Part shown: positions 11,847 to 25,420 of the stretch, piece after piece
Position numbering within the stretch: the first letter of the stretch is position 1
Layout of the letters: each line of letters starts with the position of its first letter
NCBI RefSeq assembly: GCF_004010195.1
Contig: NC_057719.1
Location: forward strand, 81,920,309 to 81,984,308
Reading direction: 5' to 3'
Length of the DNA: 64,000 nucleotides
From: Chiloscyllium plagiosum
Taxonomy: Eukaryota
Notes under the pieces: model-generated
Told to the model about the DNA's origin: nothing
The model's database searches: none
Seen by the model: the letters and a program-made list of their open reading frames with translations, nothing else
Made by a program: the position numbers and the translations under genes

Positions 11847-12669
11847 CTGCAAAACAAGAAAATATAGTACAACAAAATGTGGAAAAGGTGATGCTCACTA
11901 TCAACATTGAAATATTGCTTTGTGCTAACTGCTTTAATTTACTATAACTAAACACTCAAGCACTTCAATGGCATATTACAAATAAATTGCTTGTCTTTTG
12001 GACTTTTAACTGCATGATGACCGGACAAACAAACAGATCACTCTAAATCAGCGACTACAATGAAGCTCAAATGATGTGGATAAAGTCCATCAGTTTGCAA
12101 ATTAGCTATGGTATAAATTATGTTAATTTCAGAGCAAAATCCTTATACTCTCAACACACTTTCTCTATACTTTGCATATGCAACAGAGTACACTTTAGAA
12201 AGCTAATCGCTTTTGACCGAGTTAAAACTTCTTTGTCAAGTGTTTCTGTGCCATGCTGATTTAACCCAAAAGATTGACTGATGGGTTGTGACTGGTGTTT
12301 CAAATAGATTGCTTTATCTGGAAAATGCAGGAACCCTGACCTAAACATTACATATCTTGCTAAAGCACTGTGCATGTTTCAGTTTCAGCCATATGAGTAT
12401 CAAATTTAATCTTGCATTAGAGATGATGCAAGACATCTAATCCCTGTGGATTGCTGAATCTCACCCTGATAGTACGCCAGCACTTCTGGTTTGCAAAGAT
12501 TACATTTCGTTCTCAATCCTTTCAAGGCCAAAGTATTGTTCCATTGAACAGACCAGCAGTTTAACAAAATTTCCCATTAGCTAATAACTTTGAGCTCAAT
12601 GTGACTGATTACATAAAATGTACAGGACAAAAATAGGCCATCCAACTTGTCTTCTATATTCAATCATGA

Positions 12670-14450
12670 ATGGAGAGCAGAAATCAACAACTAAGTGGAG
12701 GAGAAGGCTCCACAAACAACTCCATCCTCAGTCAATATGATGCTCCGCAAATCAGTGTGAAACACATGCCTCAAGCATTCATGACTGTCTTTAGCTGGAC
12801 ATACTGAGTGATCTACCTCAGCCTTCTCCTGCGATCTATAAGAGCATAGGCACCAATCCTCAGCCAGTTTGATTCACCATACATGATATCAAGAAATTAA
12901 GGCACCTGAAAGATTATGAGCTCTGACAACATTCTCATTCCAGTGTGGAGAACGGTGTTCCAAAAGTAACCATGCCCCTCACCCAAGCTGTTCCAAGCTT
13001 AGCCAAGATGTACATTTGCATCTGCATGTGTGGAATAAGCTGCCAGAGGAAGTGGAGGCGGCTAGTACAATTACAACATTTAAAAGGCATAGGATGGGTA
13101 CACGAATAGAGAGGGTCAAATGCTGGCAAATGGGACTAGATTAATTCAGGATATCTGGTTGACAAGTTGGAATGAAGGATCTGTTTCTGTGTTGCACATC
13201 TCTACGAATCTATAATCAACAAGGTGAAAAATTGCTCTGTCCATGGAAAGCAAGACAAATCCAATCTAGGCAACTGATACCCCCATACTCTCAATCCTCA
13301 GAGTCACAGAAGTCATCAATGCTACAAAACAGCATATACTCAACAATAACCAGCTTTCTGATGCTCAGTTTGTGTTCTGCCAGGATGCTCAGTTGCAGAT
13401 CTCATTGCAGCCTTACTCCAAGCATGAACAAATCAGCCAAGTTCTAGATGAGGGGAGGGCAACTGCCCCCAACATCAGAACAGCATTTCATTGACTGTGT
13501 TGTCAAGGAGCCCTGGCAACCAAGTCAATGGGAATCACGGGGACAACTCTCTGCTTAGAGTCAGACCAGGCACAAACGAGGATGGCTGCGGTTGTTGGAC
13601 CTCAATCACTTCAGACACAGGACGTCACTACATTTCCTCAGGGTAGTGTTCCAGGCCCAACCATCTTCAAGTGCTTCATCAATGGCCTACCTTCAATCAT
13701 ATGGTTTTTGCTGATAATTGCAGTTTGCAACACCGTTTCCGTCCACAGATATTGAAGCACAACAGCAACAAGACCTATCACATTGAACTGATAACTGGCA
13801 AGTAATATCTGCACCATAGAAATGCCAAGCAATAACCTTCTCTCGACATTTAATAGAAGCACAAATTGAATCCCTTAGTATCAACATCCTTAGGGTTAGC
13901 ATTGACCAGAAACTCAACTGCACTAGTCATTAGATCACAACAGCAGGTGAGAGACTGAGAATCCTTCAGTGAGTATTACCTCCAGTTCCCTCAAAGACTC
14001 TTCATGATCAAAAGGCACAAGTCACGAGTGCGATGGAATACTCTCCACCAATCCAGATGCAACTCCAACAACACTCTACCCCAGTTCTAACCCATCCAGC
14101 TTGAATGGCACCCTTCTCACCACTGTACACATTCATTCTATCTGTCTGTCACTGGCACACAGTGGCAGTAGTGAGTAGCCCATACAAAGTGCAGCAATGT
14201 CAACTAAGGCATTTCAATAGCACCTTCCAAACTTGCAGACTCTACCAAGACAGACAAGAGCAGCAGAACATGGGAACACCTCCAAGTGCAAGCTCCCCTC
14301 CCAACTTGGAACTATATCCCCATTTCTTCAGTGTTTCTGGGTTAAAATCCAGTAACTCCCTCCCTAACAGCACTTTGGGTGTAACTACACCATGGTTCAA
14401 TATGGGCAATGAACAACGCCTTGCCAACAACATCCCAAGCACAAATTTAA
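12670..14450 (+). mobile_element. Old degenerate LINE (RT remnant), interrupted by a CR1 3' fragment at ~13025-13210
   Basis: PQGSVPGPTIFKCFINGLP RT motif; its 3' region resembles 24998-25420 (reverse) and 63110-63790. Clade not determined. Confidence 0.65.
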
Positions 14451-15569
14451 AAGAAATTGGGCCAGTCCAACCAACATTTTCAGCTAATCCTTCCTCTTTC
14501 ATGTGTTTATCGAGTGTCTCCTTCATGGTATCTATGCAGTAAAACTTGCAATACTGAGTTTCAAATTCCAACGTACTTGTCAGAAGTAAATTTCTCCTGA
14601 AGTTTGTATTGAATTTATTGGAGACTTTTACAGCTCTTGGCTTTGAAAGGTTCCACAAACAGGAACATATTCTCTATGCTGTCCCTACAAAACCCTCTTT
14701 AGTCTGAAAGACCTCTATCGGTTATATATTATGACAGTTAGGGCTGGGTAATGGAAAGCTGCCATTTCAGCCATCAAGTCAGCTCCAACGTATGAAATGT
14801 GGCACTTTATGCACTTATAACCACAACAACTACGGGATAACATCCTAAAAGTCTATTTCAATTTTTTTAGTTAAGGTACAAGGCCCATTGTAGCTCACAT
14901 ATAGCAGAAAACAAAATCTTGTATTTCAGTTCACACACACACACACCTCTGGTCCACTCTAGAGACTTAAGCACAAATTCTGGACTTCAGTTATGAAGGA
15001 GTACTGCACTGTCAGTGATGCCGTCTTGTAAATGAGATGTTATACCAAGATTCTGTTTGTTCTCCCTCTNNNNNNNNNNNNNNNNNNNNNNNNNNNNNNN
15101 NNNNNNNNNNNNNNNNNNNNNNNNNNNNNNNNNNNNNNNNNNNNNNNNNNNNNNNNNNNNNNNNNNNNNNNNNNNNNNNNNNNNNNNNNNNNNNNNNNNN
15201 NNNNNNNNNNNNNNNNNNNNNNNNNNNNNNNNNNNNNNNNNNNNNNNNNNNNNNNNNNNNNNNNNNNNNNNNNNNNNNNNNNNNNNNNNNNNNNNNNNNN
15301 NNNNNNNNNNNNNNNNNNNNNNNNNNNNNNNNNNNNNNNNNNNNNNNNNNNNNNNNNNNNNNNNNNNNNNNNNNNNNNNNNNNNNNNNNNNNNNNNNNNN
15401 NNNNNNNNNNNNNNNNNNNNNNNNNNNNNNNNNNNNNNNNNNNNNNNNNNNNNNNNNNNNNNNNNNNNNNNNNNNNNNNNNNNNNNNNNNNNNNNNNNNN
15501 NNNNNNNNNNNNNNNNNNNNNNNNNNNNNNNNNNNNNNNNNNNNNNNNNNNNNNNNNNNNNNNNNNNNN

Positions 15570-15917
15570 TGCCCATATCCCTCCAAACCCTTCCTATTCA
15601 TACACCCATCCAAATGCCTCTTAAATGTTACAATTGTACCAGCCTCCACCACTTCCTCTGGCAGCTCATTCCATACACGTACTACCCTTTGCATGAAAAC
15701 GTTGCCCCTTAGGTCTCTTTTATATCTTTCCCCTCTCACCCTAAACCTATGCCCTCTAGTTCTGGACTCCCCAACTCCAGGGAAAAGACTTTGTCTATTT
15801 ATCCTATCCATGTTCCTCATAATTTTGTAAACCTCTATAAGGTCACCCTTCAGCCTCTGACACTCCAGGGAAAACAGCCTCAGCTTGTTCAGCCTCTCCG
15901 TATAGCTCAAATCCTCC
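15570..15917 (-). mobile_element. Young CR1 3' fragment
   Basis: EDLSYTERLNKLRLFSLE..RLKGDLIEVYKIM...RTRGHRFRVRGERYKRDLRGN. Confidence 0.9.
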
Positions 15918-16835
15918 ACAAATTATTCCAGCAGTGCGCTCGGTATGCGATCAAACTGGGTTCGCAGCCAATGACACCAATCATCTCAGATATATTAATG
16001 GTGGTAAGTGTGGAAGACGAAGACATTGGAACAGGGAAGTCTAAAATAAATGAGACAGGAGTTATAATTTTTACCTTCTATCCAAGTGCCTGAGGTCCAG
16101 GCTAGGTCAATCTGACAGGCACTTAAAGTACAATAGCTAGCTGTCAACCATCATCAAGATCAAAACAATCAAGAACATTATCTTCAAAGTGGGTTAATTG
16201 CTAAGATGTGAGAATCACAACGGTCAATCTGCGAACATCAAGAATCGTGCCAACAGTTATGCAATAATGATCAACCAATGGGTTTCTGAGGTGATGAATG
16301 AGAGTTCAATATTGGCAAGAACACCAGGGGAGAATTTGCCCCACGCTTTATCAAAATTGTGCCAATGGGATCTTCGACACTCACCTGAGGGGACCAACGT
16401 ATATAATGTCCTATCCAAAAGTTCTCTTCTTTACGAAGGATAAAACAATAACCCAGTGAGCTATCATCACTAAGGCTAAAATCAATATACCGTGGGATGT
16501 TGCAAATCTGAGACAAAAACAGAAAGCACTGGAGAAACTCAGCAGTTTCTTTGGAGGGAGAGAAATGCAGTTAATATTTCAGGTCGCAAAAGACTTCTTC
16601 TGAACTCTAGCCTGAAACTTAAACTCATTTCTCTGACTTTAGGTACTGCCAGTCTTGCTGAGGTTTTCCAGCTCCTCTTCATTTTCATATCACTTAGACT
16701 GGACTTAAATCAGCTTGCGTTTGTAAGTAAAAGGGAGGGGGGAAGAAAAGTACAAACACTTTGCAGAATAAAATTTAATAGAATTGCCAAATTAAATGTT
16801 AAATTTAACTTCCCTGTGGTATCTTAAGCGGAAGT

Positions 16836-17153
16836 GGGTGACATGGTGGCACAGTGGTTAGCACTGCTGCCTCACAGCCCCAGAGACCTGGGTTCAATTC
16901 CCACTTCAGGCAACTGTCTGTGTGGAATTTGCACATTCTCCCAGTGTCTGCGTGGGTTTCCTCCAGGTGCTCCAGTTTCCTCTCAGTCCAAAGATGTGTA
17001 GGTTAGGCGAATTGGCTGTGCTGAATTGCCCATAGTGTCAGGTGAAGGGGTAAATGTAGGGGTTGCTCTTCGTCTGTGTGGGTTGCTCTTCGGAGGGTCG
17101 GTGTTGACTTGTTGGGCCGAAGGGCCTGTTTCCACACTAAGTAATCTAATCTA
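16836..17153 (+). mobile_element. tRNA-derived V-SINE (HE1-like)
   Basis: A box ggtggcacagtggttagc, B box gggttcaattcc, central tgtgtggaatttgcacattctcc...gtgggtttcctcc, CR1-like tail and (taatc)n end. Confidence 0.85.
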
Positions 17154-17982
17154 AATAAGTTACTAAATGATGTGCCCAGGTGTGAGGAATGAATATAGGT
17201 CTTGGGCGCAGGAGGCCATTCAGCTCACAAAGGCCACGCTGGCTCTCCAGAGCAATCCAGTCAGTCCCATTCCCCCCACACCACTGACAAATTCATTTCT
17301 CTCAAGCGTCCATCTAATTTCCTTTTGAAATTATCAACCATCTCCATTCCGCCACTCTCACAGGCAGCAAGTTCCATTTATTGTGTCAAAAACATCTTCC
17401 TCACATACTGCCTGTATGTGTTGCCCAAACACTTTCAATCTGCTCTCCCTAGCTCTTGTACCCTAATGGGGAAAAGCTTCCATTGCTCTACCTTTTTTTC
17501 CAACATGTCATAATATTCTACACCTCTACCAAATTGCCCTGGTTCAACATGAGCAACCCAACGTCCCCAACCAAACCTTGTAGCTAAAGTACTCCATCGC
17601 TGAAATAATAAGTCTCCTCTGCATTGTCTCATGGACTTCCTATCCTTCCTGACCGGAACTAAATGTTACACTCTAATGGGGTCTAATCAGACCGTCATAC
17701 AGGTTCACCATAACTTCCTTGCTTTTGTACCCAATACCCTTACTATGAAGTCCAAAATGCCATGTGCTTTAACAACTATTCTGAAATGCTCTACCAGTTC
17801 CAAAGATCTGTGCACATGAACCCACCCCCTTAACCCCTCCAGGTCTCCCCTATTCCTGCACAATCTTTCAAACTGTGTCATCAATCAAACATGTTCTTCT
17901 CTCTATACCTTAACTGTGAAAATGCATCACCTCCCAACATTCCCACTGACCATTGAGAATTTGTAGTCAGACAATGTCTTAC

Positions 17983-18159
17983 CTCATCCACAGCCTCCTG
18001 AGAGAAGATGAAGCTGTTGACGTGAGCCACAGCCACTGCGTAGAGCACGGGGCACCAGCTTAGACGGAGAGTCCCTGTCACCAAGGTCTTGAAGTACTGC
18101 CGCAACAGGTCCAGGCAAGTCTCAGCAGGATGGATGTAATTTTCCAATGGGATTGGCAG
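17983..18159 (-). CDS. RPAP1: RPAP1 coding exon
   Basis: aaatag|CTG...GAG|gtaaga. [59 protein letters not shown]. 177 nt. Confidence 0.96.
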
Positions 18160-19437
18160 CTATTTTGATACACAAGAGGTTGTGCAGGTTGAAAACTGTC
18201 AGTAGAGTGTTTTCTGTGGGAGCGATCTCAGAAGTTTCACAAACGACCCCTTTGCTCAACTTCAGCAGGACCTTACTTTACCTACCCGACCCTAATGTTC
18301 AAATCTCATGGTGGCTGGTGCTCCAGGTTTCTGACATTCACCAGCTGCATAACCCTTCCCTGAGAATCCAGATTTCGCTTGCTCCACAACTAAAATCTAC
18401 CCTTCAGCTCTCTCGGCTCTGAAAATCCCTATTTTAAGCTTTCAGTCTTCAGAGTTCATTGTTCCTTTGAGATGTTTCTTAAAACTTCCCTCTTGGGCCA
18501 AGTTTTTGCTCAATTTTTCTAATCTCCCCTAGTGTGGCCCTTTGTCATTTTTTTTGTCTGTTCATGTTCCTGTGGAATTAGCTGGAGCTAATTTATTATT
18601 TGTATTCAAGGTGTTCTACAAAGCAAGTTTTTCTTTTGTTTCCTGTAGAATGACGCAGCAAAGGAGACTTGTTTTTAATTAATTCACTATTGCTTATCCC
18701 CAGTGGACCAGAATGGGATGGTGAACTACCTCGTTGAACTGTTGCAGTCCATGTGGTGTAGGTACACCCACATTGCCATTATGTAACAAGTTCCAGGATT
18801 TCGCGCAAAACAGCATCTGAACTTTCCCTTTGTAAGTTTTGTGGATGGGATGGGGACTATCAAACCAGGTACCCAGTATTGACACCAATCTTCCAGGATA
18901 AACTATGTGTGTGTCAGACAATGCACCTCTTGGCTCATTATTACCTTATTTATATATTTTCTGACTCGGGCGATGAAGGTAATGCTTAACATTTCTTAAC
19001 TTTGTTTCTTTTATGACTTTGTACCTAAGTTTTTTTGTATCTGGTGCCTTTGTATTTAAGATGGTGTGCTGTGTGGTGACATTAAACACTCTTCATTGCA
19101 CTCCTGACCTCCTGTACTTGTGACCATAATACCTAAATCTAAATTATTCCAACTTTAACCCCAATCTTAAAGGAATAATGACAGTTAATTACAGAGGAAG
19201 GGTCCAGCACACATCTCTTCCCACCCCACACCGACAGCACCAAGGGCTCCCAGGCCAATCTCTTAGACATAGATAAGCTTTTGCTGGTTAGACGATACAA
19301 TCATTGGTTTATCAAGCCCATTCTGCCCAGTGGAGGGACCCAGTGCTGGCCGACTTGGCAACCAAATCCCAGTCTACTCTGCAAAAAAATGTTGGGGACA
19401 GCCATCTATTCAATATGTTAAAAACAGGTTCACATAC

Positions 19438-20227
19438 CTGCTTCAGCTGCACTCCCAGTGTCCGTAATACGCTAACATGCTCCCCAAAGACAGCCTGGCG
19501 AAGTTGGGTACTGAACCTCCTCTGTAAGGGCAGCAGGAGAAAGCAGCCAAAGAGCTGATCGCCAAATGAGACGCTCTCAAACTGCTCGAGGAGTCGAATA
19601 TACAGATCCTGAAAGGAGGTCAGTCCTGGCAGTGGGGCACTCAGGTCCAGGGAGTCCATTTTCTTGCTCTGACAGTAGATCAGCAGGAGGGCTGTCAGGT
19701 TGTCGTGAATGCCCGGTTCCAGAAACAGGTTATTGCCTGTGAGGAACACACATGTGAGTCTTGCCAGTTTGGCAGCCAGCGGGAGACCCTGCAAGAGCTC
19801 ACTTCGCCAGGTCTCCAGCAAGAGCGCCCACTGGAGGCAGCTGGTCACCATTTCCACTAAGTTGGCAGCAAGCGACTCTACCATCTTGCCCTTCATTTCC
19901 TCTCGGTTCACCTGGTCATAAAGGTTGATCAGGGGCAGGAAGGCCCAATCAGCTGGCAGAAGAGAGCCTGTCATGTCGGGGAGCAGGACAGATTGAACCA
20001 AGTGATTCTGCCCAGTGTAGGAAGCCTTGGACCGCAAGACAGCAGTCTGGACGTGAGCAAAGTGAGCCAGGTAGTGGGTACGGATGGTGGGAAGCTGTTT
20101 GAAGGCTGCTCCCAGCAGAGTTCCACGAGTTGGGTTGGAATGAACTTGTTCCGCAGTGCCCCCATCAGTTTGAAGCTGGAGAATGTAGGAGAGATCTTCT
20201 GCTTCAGGGCCACCAGATTTACCTTCT
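19438..20227 (-). CDS. RPAP1: RPAP1 large coding exon
   Basis: ttgacag|A GAA GGT...CAG|gtatgt. EGKSGGPEAEDLS...LLPADWAFLPLI...FESVSFGDQLFGCFLLLPLQRRFS...GVQLKQ. 790 nt, open frame. Confidence 0.97.
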
Positions 20228-21160
20228 CTGTCAATACATCATTCATACCACACAGTAAGTAATGCTTTCCCAAACCACAATGTTAACACTGCATGTCCCA
20301 CACTCCAAAACAAGCACATGCACCCCCTCCACACACTATACACACTTCACATATGCCCCAGATCATGAACACTGCATATATGTCCCATACCATACCCAAC
20401 TACGTGTGGCCCACACCATAAGCATTGCATATTTGCCCCATACTATGCCCACAAACACATGAGGGCCACACCATAAACACTGCGAATGCAGCAAAATATA
20501 AAACACAACGACTGATAAAATTTGGGGATAATTGAGACAAGGGATGTTTACATTGGGGAACATCTCTGCCTGGTACTCTGGTCAAATAGCGACAGAGTAA
20601 AGCTTCTATCGCCTACCCTTTCCAGCACACTGAAGGTCTGGCATATCTCAGGATAGACTACTAGTCAGTTGCCCTATGCAGGGCCTCATCAAACACTGAC
20701 AGAATGAGCCAAATGCAAAGCAGAACTTGATGCATTGCGCTTGATCCACCTCTACACAATATGTCTAGTATTTTCCCATCTTACACTAGTTGCTCCTGTG
20801 GTTACTCAATGGCATTTCCAATTTAGTGTTAAATTGGGCGTTGCCTGAGGTTCTGGTTTCACGACCTATTCCAAAGGTGAGCACACGAACCTGCAGTGAT
20901 CCTGCAGAACAGGACTGAGAGGTGAGTCAGAGGTGACACCTTTCAAATCAGCCTTTTAAACGGAGGATGAATCTGATCTTTTTCACTTGGAAATAAAAGA
21001 TCATATGGCACTATTTAAAAAAAAGTTGCTGAGCTCACCTCAGTATGCCCAACTGACATCAGTACGCCCAACTGACATCAGTACAAGTATATTATCTGGT
21101 CATTATCTCATGGATGTTTATAGGAGTTTGCTGTGTACAAATTGACTGCCATATTTTCTA

Positions 21161-21364
21161 GGAGGAGAAAGTGAGGTCTGCAGACGCTGGAGATTAGAGC
21201 TGAAAATGTGTTGCTGGAAAAGCGCAGCAGGTCAGGCAGCATCCAGGGAACAGGAGAATCGACGTTTCAGGGCTTCCTGAAGAAGGGCTTATGCCCGAAA
21301 CGTCAATTCTCCTGTTCCTGGATGCTGCCTGACCTGCTGCGCTTTTCCAGCAACACATTTTCAG
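21161..21364 (-). mobile_element. Palindromic Penelope-related mini-element inserted in a Deu-like SINE
   Basis: Same family as 5239-5445 in reverse orientation; target-site duplication ctgccatattt(t/a)cta at 21146-21160 and 21365-21379. Confidence 0.8.
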
Positions 21365-21654
21365 CTGCCATATTTACTACACTGCACACGGCTACGTTTC
21401 AAAATATTTGGCTACAAAGTGCTTTGCGATGATTGATAGTTCCAGAACGCCCAACAGAAATTCAACAATTCCTTCCTTTACATTATGGCTAGTTCTGTAG
21501 AGTGGACTCAACACCCCTCACTCCTTTCAGCTTGTGACCAGGGAGGGAAAGCCTTCATCAGACAACTCAGACATAAAACCAGTGACACAAGAGAAAAAAG
21601 CTTCTATTTGACTTACTAAAAACAATGAGCACATTTTCCCATCAAGATACTTAC

Positions 21655-21797
21655 GGAATCATATCTTGATTAAAGGCCAACCTCGACAGGAGTTCATGGG
21701 CCAAATGCTCACTCCCTGGTAGCAGCCGACTTAGCAAAGTGACAGCAACATAGTGATAAAGTGGAGCTTGCCGTGTAACGTGAGGACTGATAGTGAT
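21655..21797 (-). CDS. RPAP1: RPAP1 coding exon
   Basis: ttccag|ATC...ATT CC|gtaagt. ITISPHVTRQAPLYHYVAVTLLSRLLPGSEHLAHELLSRLAFNQDMI(P). 143 nt. Confidence 0.95.
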
Positions 21798-22896
21798 CTG
21801 GAAGGTGCAAAAGAGGCTTGAAAAATGTAACATAATAATTGGAAAAGGAGAAGGCTGGAGTTTTGAAATCAGGACATGGACGAGGAGGGTACACAACTGA
21901 TTTGAGGCTTATAGGCTGGGATCTGGAGTGATGGGGGAGCAAGTCTAGGTGTAAGGAGTTGAGGAGTGACGTTGGCTAGCATTGAGGAGTAAAGGAAGGT
22001 TTACCTGACTTGGGAGAACTTACCTGTTGGACCTCATACTTAACACACAATCTTTTGATACTGTTGGAAAGGAGTGTTCACAGGTGACTCCACATGTATT
22101 ATGATCATTTATGTGAGCGTGACAACTTCACACCACATCCAGTTAAATATGCAAAGCATCTGGCAGTCTAATCACCAAGATTGCTCCTGCAAATGTGGTT
22201 GTGGCTGAAGGGAGAATTTTGAGCTATTAAGACCTGATAGTTATAGGTCTGTCACAAGTAATTCAACACAATGGATTGGCCACGGCATTAACATCTATTA
22301 ACTCTATTCATGATCTCATTGAGTCATACAGCACAGAAACAGACACTTCAGTTCAACTCACTCATGTCAACCAAGTTTCCCAAACTAAACTAGTCCTATT
22401 TACCTGCAATTGGCCCATATCTCTCTAAATCTTACCTATTCAGATGAAAAACATTTACTTATATATTACCTCAAAACATGACACAGTTATTGCTGTCATA
22501 TTGATAAATATGGCCACCAATCTGCACTCAACTGGATGCCAAAACAGCAGATATTAATGACTAGTTTTCTTTGGGAGAATTTGAGGGATAAATATTGGAC
22601 TGGACTGCATGGGAGCTCCTTATTTTTATTCAAAATAATCCCATGGCATCTTTTACATCTCCTCAAGGGGATGTCTCTTTGGTACAGTATTTTATTCTGT
22701 ACTGCATTACATTGCCAGCCTGGATAATGGGCTCAGATCTCCAGAGGGAGGGGTGGAGAGTGGGGAGGTGGGCGTGAGGAGGAGTGGGGCATGGGAGAGA
22801 GGATTGGGCTTGAATCCACAGCCTCCAGCTGAAGTACATTAATACAAGTGGGTTAAACAAGCCTAAGTGTCTGAAGTGATGAGTGGAGCGACTTAC

Positions 22897-23043
22897 TGCC
22901 TTGGAAGCCAGTTGAAGTACAAAGTGCTGAAAATGAAACTCGTGACGCAGCAGCCAGGCAGACCGGTGGTGTATCGGTGGGCTTTCTCTGCAACTGTGGA
23001 CCAGGTAATCTCGCAGACCTTTGCTGTACAGAACAGACGAGCA
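22897..23043 (-). CDS. RPAP1: RPAP1 coding exon
   Basis: tttgcag|TGC...GCA|gtaagt. CSSVLYSKGLRDYLVHSCRESPPIHHRSAWLLRHEFHFQHFVLQLASKA. 147 nt. Confidence 0.94.
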
Positions 23044-24997
23044 CTGCAAACAAATCGTGTGAAGAAACAGATTAATAGCAAGGGGTGTGGGGAGTGACCA
23101 GCTAATGGGATCAGATGAGGCCACTTGGCTCTTTGAGTCAGTTTGGGTTATGACCTTTTTGAACAAGTTTCCTGGGCAAGAGTCTGAGATCTCCACAAGC
23201 CTGTGTGTGAGGAACTGCTTCCTGACCTTCACCCTGAATGACCCAGCTCTGATTCTGACATTGCTCCTATCATTCTGGACTTTCCATCTCTTGTTTCTAC
23301 CCTAGCAACTCATTTAATTATCTTTAACATCTCAATTAGATTACCCCTTTAGTTTTATATATTCAATGCAATGCAAGCCTGATCTTTTCCATCTGTACAT
23401 ATAACTTACCTCTTTTAGTCCAGGTGAATCTGTGCTGTACACCCTCCCAAAGTCAATATTTTCACCATGAGGTTCAGGGCCCAGAACTGAGAGTATTTGA
23501 GATGGGGTCTAATCAGAGAATGTCCTGACCAGATGAGGGCACAGTTTGCAGAGTATGTCCTACTGCATTTATCCAGAATCTGACTGACTATCGAAGATGA
23601 GACAAACAATTATAAATATATTCAGGGGAGGGAAAGACAGTCAGAACTGCAAACCAGTACTAATTCACCTATTCATCACGTGATTAGACAAGAGGGAGAT
23701 CTATTAAGCATTGCCACTCGTGTTAATCTAAGTGCAACCAGTGGCATTCATTAATATTAATGCTTACTGATGAAGCACTGTAAATTTATACATCAAGTGA
23801 CTCTAAGTCATTCCTGAAAGCTAATCGATTGCACATCACCAAGTTCAACCATATGAAATGTCAGAAAAATGGCTGGCGACCAAAAGTCCATTTGATGTTG
23901 TTTCACTTTCAGGGTTAGTTAATGGGGCCTGTATTCTTCCTTAGCATTGCAAGTTTTATCTTAAAGCAATCTGCATCTGATCTGACACAAGGCTGCATAA
24001 CCTGTAGCACCATTTTGTGCAGTCCCTCCTGCCCCACGAGCCTTCCTCTCATTGCAAATTGTCTAACATGCTCCTTACCCATTCCCTAACCCTCTTTGCT
24101 GACCCTCTAGCCTCTTCCTCTCCCTGACCCAGCGTCTCACTGATCTAAGCTCTCATCAGGTCTCCCACTTGTCGAAGACCTCGATTGTTTGAGAATTGAG
24201 CAGTAAGAGGAAGGAGTATCTTCAACTGTGAGTCAGAAGCAGGGCAGCTAGTGGGTGGGGTAGGGAGCAGGACAGCCTGGTGAACCAGAGGATCAGTGAG
24301 AGTCAGGGTCCACATTGACCAGGACAAGTGGTAAGCAGGAAGCTTGAGAGCAGTATTACTGGCAAGAGAGTTTAAAAGGAAAGTTACCATACTGAACTTC
24401 TCATATGTTTTTAGATTTATTTTATTTTTAAAATTATTTCATTTACCAATACAGGAAGTTAGCATAGCAAATTGTTTGAATTTACAAGGCAGAATTCTTT
24501 TTTCTGAGAAGGAAGGTCCTACAGAATCTAACCACAACCTTTACATTAGTTCTATTGGGTAGAATTCGCTTAAAGAGTGATTTACTTGAAGTCATTTCAA
24601 TTAAAAGTCGCAACTTTAAATGAGGACTTACTGTTATGATGATTTTCTCAATGACTGACTTCAAAATTACAAAATCTCTACAACTGGTGGGTCCAGCTAC
24701 AGTTGGAGATTGCTCAATGCCGAATGCTTCCCTACAAAGTACTCCCACTAAAATCATTCCCTCAAATAGTTTTCATTCACCACCACCAGCCAGGTTGCCT
24801 TCAGAACAACAAAACAGTTTCTCCCCCATCCCTCAGACTTGTACTTAACGATGTGGCCATAAGTAGTATAAAGAGAAGTTGCCTGTGGACATACCATTCC
24901 ATCCTGTCCTTTCACAATGACTCATGAGATACAACCCTTGTACATTATTCACTGTGGCAACGGATGTTAGCGAATTATTCAAAGCCACATGACATCA

Positions 24998-25420
24998 AAA
25001 CCTTTTTTTTTAAACATTCATGGGACATGAGCATCACTGGCTGTGCCATCATTTATTGCCCATCCCTAGTTCCCCTTGAGAAGGCCTTCTTGAACCACTG
25101 CAGTCCATCTGCTGTCGGTTGACCCACAATGCCCTTAGGGAGGGAATTCCAGAGTTTTGACCCAGCGACAGTGAAGGAATGGCGATATATTTCCAAATCC
25201 GGACTGAGTGTGGCTTGGAGGGGAACTTGAAGGTGATGGTGTTCCCGTGTATCTGTTGCCCTTGTCCTTCTAGATGGAAGTAGTTGTGGTTTGGAGGGTG
25301 CTGTCTGAGATCTTTGGTGAATTTCTATAGTGCATCTTGTAGATAGTACACACTGCTGCCACTGAGCACCGGTGATGGAAGGGGTGGATGTTTGTGGATG
25401 TAGTGCCAATCAAGGGGTCT
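24998..25420 (-). mobile_element. LINE 3' fragment (family of 12670-14450)
   Basis: Minus strand HHRCSVAAVCTIYKMH and SKLWNSLP; tail agggatgggcaataaatg. Confidence 0.7.

Noticed and set aside
16836..16910. Possible tRNA gene
   Set aside because: The A/B boxes are the head of a multi-copy SINE that continues into a V-domain and LINE-like tail.
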